Below are positions 14,560 through 25,000 of a stretch of DNA of 64,000 bases, one piece after another (position 1 is the stretch's first letter; each line of letters opens with the position of its first letter). Source of the DNA: Phoronis australis (lineage: Eukaryota > Animalia > Phoronida); the NCBI GenBank assembly GCA_002633005.1, contig NMRA01000107.1, positions 38,190 to 102,189 of the forward strand. Direction: 5' to 3'. The position numbers and the translations under genes are program-made. The notes beneath the pieces are model-generated. The model was not told the DNA's origin and did not search any database. It worked only from the letters and a program-made list of their open reading frames with translations.

Positions 14560-15104
14560 TTTATTTCAATTTAATAATGTAGTAAAAAAATGTATGAAAA
14601 CAAAATTAGATATACAACAAACCTAAAGACCCATGCAGCTTAAATTAAGTTGGGATGGCGAATCAAGCTTAGTGAAACAAAAAACTTGTTTCGGGCCTTG
14701 AGCCAATTCGGAATCTTCCTGTTTAAGCATACAAAACACTACATTTCGAGGCATGATTTAGTAATGTGAAACTAGGAACACTAAATCACAATATTAAAAA
14801 TATAAACCAAGTGTTCCATCCCAAAACTTGAACCAAACAATGGTTTCCATCCAAAGGTGGCGCTGCATGGGGCTATAAATAAACCTTAATCTTCATAGAG
14901 GAACAGCACCAGTCAATTAACCATCAAGAAATAGTCATTTTATACATCTATTTACATCAGCACAAAATGTTGGACTTGGAAGATAAAATGATATCCAACA
15001 TTTAGAACACAAGTCACTTTAAAAGTTAAACCGACTGATCAACAGTCAAAATAAATTAAGACTCTTTTATACAAAATGATAACAGTTCAGATCCACTCGT
15101 GCGT
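14560..15104 (-). other. jun 3' UTR with AU-rich elements and candidate poly(A) signal
   Basis: Minus-strand ATTTA pentamers at 15052-15056, 14876-14880, 14782-14786 and 14641-14645; AATAAA at 14560-14565. Confidence 0.6.
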
Positions 15105-15986
15105 TTACAACAAGTTCGAGGAGAGCATAACTTGACATCCGCTGTTAACATGGTCCATAATTTTCTGTTTGAGCCTGAACACTTGATCACGTAACTTCAC
15201 AGCCGTCTCTTGGAGTTGTGTGTTATGACTCTTAATTTCTGCCACACGATCTTCAAGCCGAGATATCCTCTCCAACTTCCTCGTACGACACTTTCTGGCA
15301 GCGACACGATTCCTTGCCCTCTTACGCTCCAACTTGGCAAGTTCCTGCTGTCCCATGTCGATAGGGGAGACTGGCGGGGATGTGCTCAGACAGGGGACCA
15401 TTTGAAGCTCTTCCTTCAGCACGAGTTTAGGCGAGTACGTTTCAGTTGCCCGGGTGAGATTGACTGATGTTGGAATTCTAGGTGCCGATTGTGGTACAAC
15501 CGAGCCCGGCAAAGCAGTAGTGGTTGTTGTAGGAGCTACTTGACTGGAATTAACAGTTGTCAGTGTAGTGTATGTAAAGTTACTTGAGCCCGTTGACGGG
15601 GCCGATGAAACAGTTCCCTCCGTCCTGTGCAACTCATTCAAGGCATCAACAAAACCTTTGGCATAAGCTTCCTGCTCCTCACTCACGAACTTTGGACAAA
15701 TGAATTGTGTTGGTGTTGGCGTTGTTGTCACATGTCCATTTTGCTGAATAATCAACTTCTCCAATTCGGGACTGGCAAGTTTCAACATACTCAAATCTGG
15801 CGAACTGAGAACACCTGGCACCTCCGATGTGCCCAACAGACTGGTCAGTTTCATATGCTTTGTGTTCTTTGCATTGAAGTCCAGAGTCATTTTCCTCTTG
15901 AGGGAGTTTACAGAAGGTCGGTTGCCGGTGATTCTGTTGGCCATACCTTCGTCGTGGTAGAATGTCGATTCAATTGCTGTGGCCAT
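15105..15986 (-). CDS. JUN: Transcription factor AP-1 / c-Jun (intronless, 293 aa)
   Basis: JNK-docking delta motif LKRKMTLDF; Ser63/Ser73-like [21 protein letters not shown]; TTTPTPTQ; [17 protein letters not shown]; phosphodegron-like SPPVSPIDM; b[31 protein letters not shown]...[13 protein letters not shown]. Single exon with good start context (cggaATGG). Confidence 0.99.
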   Translation of the reverse strand: MATAIESTFYHDEGMANRITGNRPSVNSLKRKMTLDFNAKNTKHMKLTSLLGTSEVPGVLSSPDLSMLKLASPELEKLIIQQNGHVTTTPTPTQFICPKFVSEEQEAYAKGFVDALNELHRTEGTVSSAPSTGSSNFTYTTLTTVNSSQVAPTTTTTALPGSVVPQSAPRIPTSVNLTRATETYSPKLVLKEELQMVPCLSTSPPVSPIDMGQQELAKLERKRARNRVAARKCRTRKLERISRLEDRVAEIKSHNTQLQETAVKLRDQVFRLKQKIMDHVNSGCQVMLSSNLL

Positions 15987-16205
15987 TCCGATACAACACT
16001 GGGTGAGTCAACTCAACGAGTTCGTGGCTAGGTGCGTCTAATTATAAACAATGACTTGCAACTTGCGATGAGTAATTTCACACACACTTTCTGAGTTCAC
16101 AAATCTATCACACGTAGCCCTTCAATGTTCGCTCGTAACTGAGTCACCACTGCGAAGTTGTACAGTTTTATGCTTCACACTTTCTCTCGATCCGTTTTTA
16201 GCGAA

Positions 16206-16452
16206 GAATGACTCATCGTGCTCGCTGTTTGAATTTATAGTAGTGAGTAATAAGTTATTTTTAGAATGATGTCATCTGCAGCGAGTTTGATTGGTTCCAA
16301 GCTACGGTTTTGGTCACGTGGCTTATCATGTGAGCGCTTTCCAATAATTTCGCAAAGGATTCTGGGATGACGTAATGTCCAGTTTCGCACAACTTCAGTG
16401 ACGTTGTCAAGATATCCCTGCCCTCTTTGCCTTATTTGGAATGGGATTTCCC
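16206..16452 (-). promoter_or_regulatory. jun core and proximal promoter (Inr, TATA, MEF2, jun1 ATF/AP-1, CCAAT, E-box, CRE, CArG, NF-kB)
   Basis: Gene sense: Inr TCATTC (+1 at 16209); TATAAA 16239-16234 (-30); MEF2 CTAAAAATAA 16255-16264; TGACATCA 16267-16274; CCAAT 16290-16294; CACGTG 16315-16320; TTACGTCA 16368-16375. On +: CCTTATTTGG 16430-16439 and GGGATTTCCC 16443-16452. Confidence 0.85.
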
Positions 16453-18215
16453 TCCATTTTATTTTTGTTTTCTTGAGCGGCGCAGACGATTGAGAAACCG
16501 TTGAAATTAGGTCAAGTAACAACCCACGCAAACCCGATAGGCAACCGACAGAGTGAGTGCTCGTTTCAAACAGTGTTTTATTTTGCTGTTGACATAAATG
16601 GGCTTTTAGTATGATGGTTAATGTTGATTAAACCCTATTCTTCATTGAAACTTAAAACTTTCAGAATATGGTGCATAAAGTCAACAAATGGTCACAACTA
16701 GAGTTCGAAAATGTCGGGGGAAATGCCCGACGGCTAAACCAAAACTGGGAGTGGTGGGAACGGCACCTTCTAGGAAAACCTTCCCTTTTCTTGGAGGTTT
16801 CAGTCACATCGTTAAAACTTGCCCACCTTGTAGGTGTTAGTTTTGGCAAATATACAAGTAGAGGCTCCTTGGTCAACGCCTCGACGGACTGTCCGCACGG
16901 CTACGCCATAGGCCTACGGCGCTCAGTAGAGGCTTGCTGTCAACCCTCTCGGCGTTGGAATTGAAGAAAGAAAAATTTCTAAATAATCTTTCTAATAATT
17001 AAAATGTACAATTGAAAGAAAAAATAACAAAGATATGGAACGTCTCAGTATTATTTAGAATCGCAGTTATCGCCCCACGGACTCAGTTGCTGGTAATCGG
17101 GTCAGATAAAGCATAAAGTGTGCATTTCAAACTAGTGTAATATACAGTATTCCCCGCTCTCTGGCGCACCACCAATGGTCATGCTTTATCTGACTATTAC
17201 CGAACATTTTTGTGCTGTTAAATTCCCATCCTTATTTTTTATGACTTTTACATGTGTCCTTGTGAATGACCATCTAGAAGAATGTTAGCTGCTAAAACCA
17301 AAGGAAGACTTAAGGTCCCATACAAAAAGTGCATTGTCTATATTCAGGTGATGGTAACATATTTTATGGAATTGCCTGTGGCATCATTGCTGTAGTCTGG
17401 ATGTTAAACAGTGTTAAAGTGGTTGATGAGTATATGAGTACTTTTAAACATTTTCATTTCACCTCATACCCGTCCGTTTAACGGCAACCCCTGTGATGTT
17501 TCGCCCTGGATCTTAACTTGGGCGAATATAATAGGGTGCCATAGGCATGTTGTGAGTATAGATGCCATCAGAATAAGGATCTTATAATTGTGATTCTACT
17601 CTGGTGCTGACCAACACAAGTAAAGTTTGAAAAGCGACAACAACTTTCCTAAAATGTAGCGACATGTTTTGGCAGTAAAGCATCCACCATTGTCCAGCTT
17701 TATTTAGAGAATGGATGCCAAGATGGCCGCGTACTGGTACGGTGCACAGAAAATTCCAAAACACGCAAAAATACCAGAAGCAGGATTGGCTAGTGATCAG
17801 CGAATCACAACTCAGTGTAACAGTGTCAAACGACTCATGGGAAACCTGGTGTGCATTGAGTGAGGGCGTTTGCACGATCTTGTGATTATGATAGATGCCA
17901 TCGAAAGGCATCATGTGAGTACGGTAGATGTCACTAGAAAGCACCTTATAAGATTTTTGTAGTTTCCCCCGACAATCTTTTTGTCATACAATGTCTGTAA
18001 TTATTCACTCTTTTCACTCTGCTATTGTGCACAAATAGTAACCTCTAATCTTGAATCTTCAATAGCAGGCAAGTTGAATAGCTCCGGTGAGAAACTTCCT
18101 GAATCATGTATTTCTTTGAACTTAAATCATGTGGACACAAGATAGCCTTGAATAACTTGCCTCACAACAACTTGCCCACAGTCAGCCGGGTGTCCACACT
18201 CACAATACACCTTGC

Positions 18216-18493
18216 CATGGGCGGCTCAGCACTGAAAAAAGTGGGGTCCTATAGCCCCCCCCATCCCCTTGTGGTGTGCCACCCATGGTTGAAACAAATA
18301 ATATAACTTAGCCAGCGTGTAGCTGGTAATCACTTCTCCATGTCTACAGGTTTGTGTCCAAACACATGGGTGGCACAGAACTGAAAAAAGTAGGTGGGCT
18401 AAAGCCCCCTCAGCCTATAGACCATGTGCGGCGCAGCACTGAAAAAAGTGGGGGCTATAGCCCCCCCCCAGCTCCCAATGGTGCGCGCCCATG
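18216..18493 (+). mobile_element. Cluster of three ~70-bp mini-MITE copies
   Basis: CATG(G/T)G(C/T)GGC..AG(C/A)ACTGAAAAAAGT..GGG..TA(T/A)AGCCCCC at about 18217, 18366 and 18423; two copies end in CCCATG. Confidence 0.7.
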
Positions 18494-18883
18494 AAACAAT
18501 GACTTGCGCTGGGGCAAGTTACCTACCTGGATAAGGTGGGGTAATTATAGGTGTCACGTGTGTCGATTGAGTTACCCCAGCTCCACATTACCATCAAACT
18601 TATTAGACAACTTGTACAGGAGTAACTTGTTCTAGAGTAACTCGTGGTGTGGACAATAGTTTAGGCACCTTATCATTCGGGTTGGTCAGTGAAGGACTCG
18701 GACTCAGAGATTTGGAAGACTTTTCACTCGGTTAATGTGTTCAGTGTTCATGGCATTTCCAGGAGACATCAAATCACACATGACACAGTTTTTATAGGTT
18801 GATTAATGCTTTGTCACTGGGAGAAATATCTCATCACAATACATCCTGAAAACTTGAAACTAATGATTTCTCTTGTTTCAGAC

Positions 18884-19012
18884 ATGGCTTCCTCCAGCTC
18901 AAATATTTCCTTGTCAGTCTTGAGTGACGTTGGGGATATGACAAGCGATGATGTTATGGTTCAGAAAAGGCTCCGCACTGTGGGTGACGATGGAGATTTG
19001 AATGATACCCAG
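18884..19012 (+). CDS. MSH5: MSH5 coding exon 1
   Basis: Acceptor at 18881 then ATG; [11 protein letters not shown]...DLNDTQ; phase-0 donor fits exon 2. The N-terminus is poorly conserved, so this exon is less certain. It implies an upstream non-coding exon. Confidence 0.7.
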
Positions 19013-22000
19013 GTTTTCTTATTTCTTGTAAAAACAACAGAGTAGGATACCATTTTTGCACAAAAAGCCTATTTGACTTTTTTGTGAAATGAGTNCACAC
19101 ACACCACTGTATGTGATTTACTTTCAAATCTCTTAATTGCAGAGTGATTATGAGCCACCTATAGTGACAGGTGATGAAGGTGTTGAGCTGTCCACATGCT
19201 TGTGAAAATATCCAGATTTTGCCCATATTGCCAGTGTTAGGACAGTATGTGCCTAATCCTGCCGCAGACTCAAGCTTGTTCTATTCCCACTTTATTTCAC
19301 AATATTTTGTTCTTCCGCAACAACGTATCATATTCGTTAGGCCACATCTTAAATGTCAATTGTCATATAGTGTTTGATTTTACTTTATTGCTGTTTCTGT
19401 TGACGAAGGACGTTATATCCAAAAATTTCAGTTGATCCATTCTTGTTGTTTTATTTACCTATTTATGTTCTTGCCTGTAAATGTGAGTTTGATGTAAAAA
19501 GAGAATAGAATGGCTCATTTCCCAAAATTTCAGTAATAGTGTAACTGTCGGTCACCCTAGCATTGTTTTACAATAAATATTCCAGGTTTTGGGTGTTTTC
19601 CCGATCTAGTCATTGTGCTTAAAGCGTAGAAAGCCCACTTCTTCATACTTGTACAAGAGTCAAATGAAACACTGACTGGAATATAGACAAATCACTTTTT
19701 AAAACTTAGACATTGGCAACAAAATAGCTTGCATTAATGCTACTTTTCTAATAGTGGGACATGAGCGCTTTTAAGAACTGTTATTGAAACATGGGCAATA
19801 CAGGGTTTCCACATTTTGAGAACAAGTTTGATACTTGTTATTTATGGTGCACAAATGGTTTTCAAAATGCAGAAATGTACTGAAAGTGACTGTTAAGGAA
19901 GCATGGATGCACAAAAGGGAAAATTTCAAAAACAGAATGTAAGCATTTGGTCAAATGTAGGTGTGTACTTAGACATTTACAGTTATTCGTACACTGTAAT
20001 AAATTTGCCACATGTATGTTGTGCTCACTTTATTCGAACTGTGCCTGCCTACAGAAACTATACAGTTGCCTAATTTTGTTTTTTTTTTTATAAAATTAAG
20101 AGAAAAAATGTTGTTTTGTTCCATCCAAACATTAAATTTGTGCATTTTTCAAAATGTCGTATGTATATTACAGATATATCTGAGTGTGGTCTGGCAGCAG
20201 GGTAAACTTGGTTTGGCCTACTATGATGTGGACAGTTGTCAAATGTTTATAATGCCTGATGTTGTAGATACGGAGTCATTCGACCTTCTCAAAACAGGTA
20301 AAGTTGTTTGAGCACAGTATCCTGATGTGCTACTATAGCCGCTGTTGTGAGCACACGGCAGTTACATAGCCTCAAGTACTAACAGTGATCCTTGAACCAT
20401 TTGGGTTTGGTTTAAAATTCATATTACTGTGAGGGGTGATTATAACTTTTGTTTGAATAATTATCTCAGCAATTAATTTTTGTCGCAAAATCACTTAACA
20501 CACCAATCAGTAAAATTATACTAATTTCCTGGAAACAGAATCATTATGTCTAGTTAATGAAGTTTAGTTGTACCTGTGTCACTTATTCCTGTCTCAACAG
20601 CATGCCACACCGCAAAAAAAGTGAATTCACAAGTTTTCAAAAAATGAAGGTTATTGATTCCTCAAATCAGTTGAAAAATTACCATTATTGTCAGCTTTTT
20701 TTAGACAAAACTATGGATTACATTGAATTTAGTATTTTCAATTAGAATAAGTACCCTCTCATTGTTTTGTAGTTATGGAGCCTTTTTTACAGAGACAAGT
20801 GAATGTTTCTGAAACGATCGAATATAGGATGGGTATTTTATTATGGTAAAAGCCAACCATGTAGAACACAATGTGGCAGAAAGTGAAATTTTATTTATTA
20901 TGTTTTGCATTGAATGTGCAGTTCCAAATAGATGATGATTTAATTCCATGTTTAAGTTATGTACCACAGCTTCCATCAAACAAAGTTTTGAAAGTGGCAT
21001 TCACAAAAATGTCTTGAGCCTTGAAAATGAAAAAAGGGGCATTTTTGGCAATTATTTTTGTTACTGAAATCGGCAACATTTTACTGTATTAAAATAGTTG
21101 CACTTTTCATAAATTTGCAAATGCATGTTTTTGTGCTTACTCATGGTTGTTCCATAAAGAGAAATCTGATATAATCAATCTTCTGAAGATAAACAAATTT
21201 TCAACAAAACATCTTTTATCTGATCATCTAGCAACCTGCTAGTTCTGTTACACTAACCAGACCTGGTAAAGATTCCAAAGTGGTGAAAAACGGGACAATA
21301 GCCGCTGCATATTGCTTGTTTAACTAAAGTTAACATGTGTATGTTTATGTATTGTATTTGGCTGCATGTGGTCTTATCTCTTACATCTCACTTGTTGTGC
21401 CTAAGTATTGAAACAGGCACCTGCATTAAACACCTGGTTCTTCTCCAGCTTTACTTTAGGGCGATAGTCAGTTTGACAGAAAGCTTACTCAAGAACTCTG
21501 TGGTATTAAATTGCAGCTGTTTATGTGCATTAATTCACAACCATTTTTTTAGAGTATTTGAAGTATTTCTTATTACTGCTGGTATACCCCCTTTGTTGGA
21601 TTCTGTGACATTTACCTCTTTGTTGGAGTCTACGATAATTACCCATATACTGTGGTGTACCCTCAGTCTTTGACAGATTCGGTGATATTTATCTACAATC
21701 TGTGGGTGTACCTTCTCTGCCGGGATTGCAATATTTATCCATATACTCTTTTTGACGTATTCGTTTATATTTGCCTACATACTACAGGTATACTCTATCT
21801 GTCATAAATTGATTGATGCAGGGAATTAACAAAGGCCTCTTACTTCTACGCATACGAGTCGTTTGCCAAGTAAGCGGTCTGGCCACAGAAGTGCTAACAA
21901 AAAACTAGCAGTTTTGTACAAGTGAACTGAAACCGCTGGCAAAAACATTAGCAGTTTTGTTCTACTGAACTGAATCTGCTAGCAAAGGACCAGCAAATAT

Positions 22001-25000
22001 GACACTTGTAACCATTCACGAGTGGCACTTTTACTACTAGCAAAAGTTTTGGCAGAAATGCTAGAGGTATTCTGAGATGATTAAAAGTGGCATTAAAGCC
22101 ATGTTTTCTATGAAAAAAACAAGTTTTTAAAATTATTTAAGCCACTTAATGTCATATAATTAGTCTTCTCTTGTTAATTAGAAGTCATCTTTGTACTCAT
22201 GAGCAACTAAAAGTTTGCGACATCTTCAGAAAGGCTCATAAAATTTCAGGTCACGCCATGAAGAAGTAACAAACTGTCAGCTGTTTTGAAGTCGTGACAT
22301 CACCTCCAATTTGTCTTTTAAAAAGAACTACTTGAGACCAATTTCATAATGACATGTGGTCTAAATTACTATATAAGTTGTTTTTTGTGATGGAAGGGAG
22401 GCATCAGCTGCTTTGATTAAATAAGAAATATAATATAATTGTGTTGTTATAAATCAGTGTTTTGTTATGGTATAAATAAGAAATATTAGTTTTACACACG
22501 TCTCAGCACTAATAATTCTTAATTAAATGGTATCTACTCTGATTTATAACAACGCATATAATTATGTACATGTACGTGCACTCCTAAGTTTGCGTGAGCA
22601 AAATCTGACAAGGAGGGTGTACCGGCAGTATGTTGATAAATATCACAGAATCCGACAAAGAAGTATAGTGACAGTATAGGTAAATATCACAGAATCTGAC
22701 AAAAAGGGTCTGAGAAGTGACTGTAGTCTCATGCCAGTTCTTGACCACTATGACCAATGACTGATTATGATTACAGATTGAGAAATGAAGAGTTGAACAT
22801 TCTGGGAATGAAGAGTTTAATAATTGAACATTCTGGGAAGGCATTTAGAGAAATGTAGGCTTTATCAGAATGAAAACCAGTTAATTATTTTTCAGTAAGA
22901 CAACAAGTTCAACCTCGTCAAATCATCATAAGTTCAAAGCAGGATGACCGCCTTTTGTCAGTGTTCAAGGACATCCACAATCAAGGTAATAATCTAATCC
23001 TACCCATGGCTTGAATTGACAATATTTGATGAGCTTTTCTTTTGTTTTGAGCCGGTTTCAAAAACACGACCCAATTTAATCATTTTTCACCAAACATGTG
23101 TTGTAACAATCATTCCATCACTTTGTAAAGGAGCTGTATCTTGGGACAATCACAAGTCACGCTTCTATAGTGGCCAGCTTTAGATTGGGGAAATGTGACT
23201 GCCGGTGATATAGTTCTGCCTACACTTTTTACTGTGTTGACATAATGGGTTGACTTTGTTTGTGCACTGACCCAATTGGAGTTTTTATCTTAATTATGGA
23301 AACATGCAAGCCCCGTTTGATGAATTAGGGAAGGCTTGTCAAGACAAAACGATATTTTCAGTTTCACATTTTCAAATTGGGCAATTTGTATGGTTGTCAT
23401 GGTGGATTCACTGGTTACATTTTTGGTTGATAATAGTATCAATTTCTGTTTCTCATTTTTGCTTTTCTTTCAGAAAAAATAACTGATGTTTTGAAAAATG
23501 ACTTCATTCAAGTTCTTCCAAGTATTGACTTCTGTAAGTAACAATTCCTTATCTGCATTTACTACAAATGTTTTATTTTATAATATGGGAAATGTATGCC
23601 TGTGTTGTATTTTATGCTGTTGGAAATGTGTGTGTCCATGTTGTGTTTTATGTCACTGGAATGTCTCCACGTTGTATTTTATATGAGAAATGTGTGTCTA
23701 TGTTGTATTTCATACAATGGGAAATGTGGGATGCTGCTCCTTTTGTCAAATACAACTTGTGTCCATTTGTTGCAATCTGTGGCTATATCCATGTATAATG
23801 TAACATGTGTAAGGGCTAGAGAAGGGCTTACTCAATGTTATCTGTGTTGGGCCGAAAAAAGCATTACACATTCTGGTCTCCACCCGAACTCATTGTGAGA
23901 TCTGCTAAAAACAAAATGCCCACCCACATCCGTTTTTTTTTGCTGAATAGCTACACAAAGGGGAGTAAGGGAGTTTGAGTAAGGTTTGAAGCGCCATCTG
24001 TTGTTAAGTGATGAGCAATAATCGAATCCCGTGTCATTTTTTGCGTATCTTAGCAGTTGGATCTTCTTATTTCAAAAAGTAAGCCACAAACAAGCATTGC
24101 ACCATTGACTCATTTAAAAAAAACGAACCAGAACCAATTATGGTTTTTTCATCCTTATCTACATGTTTTCTGTGTAGGATTAATGAAAGAGGACACCCCT
24201 GCTGATTGAGAATACAAGTATGTATTACTGGTGACAGTCACTTACCATAAGGGCTCATTTTCGGCACCGTAACATGAGTATACATGGATACATTTGGCTA
24301 AATATCACAACAAAAAGGAATTTTATACGTTAAAAATTGATAATTATTTCATAACCATGAAGTACACATTCCCACTGGGCCTTGTAACCACCCATATCAC
24401 TCCTGCATTTCTAGCAATCAACCACATTTGTTGTGTCTGATTGGAACAGAATGAAGTGTCAGAAGTGACATTGGTGTGTCTACCTCTCCCTGATGTCATT
24501 GGCTGCAGCACATTCTAGCTACACCTGTGTCATGAACCCCCGCCCTCCCCTTCTTGTTGTTGACATCACTATCTCCTACGTATGAATAAATATTGACTCT
24601 TGATAAAGCTTCAGTAGTACATGCTATCAAGTCAAACACTTGACTTGTGGTATCGTGTTATTTGATCGGATATAATTTTGTGTACAGAGGGAGACACTGT
24701 CACATGCCAGTGCTGATTTCCAACTAATTTCCTGTTGACCTATTGCCAACTGTCAATCAAACTGATTACCTGATCAAACCATGGTTACTAAATGTAGAAG
24801 TCATAACATTCAAATGTGCAGTTATTTTTGTGTACATTTCTCAAACTTGTTTGGAGATTTCAACTAAAATACCAGAAGTGTTATTTGGCCAAATGGTCAC
24901 GACATCAGTTGACACGCTTATTCCAAACACAAAAGTTTGTGAGAAGTCAAATAAAGGCTAACGTCTTGCCTGTAATACAGCGAGGAGATATGGCAGTCTT

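Noticed and set aside
15210-16031. Plus-strand ORFs of 85 and 134 aa
   Set aside because: Antisense shadows of the jun CDS with no recognisable domain.
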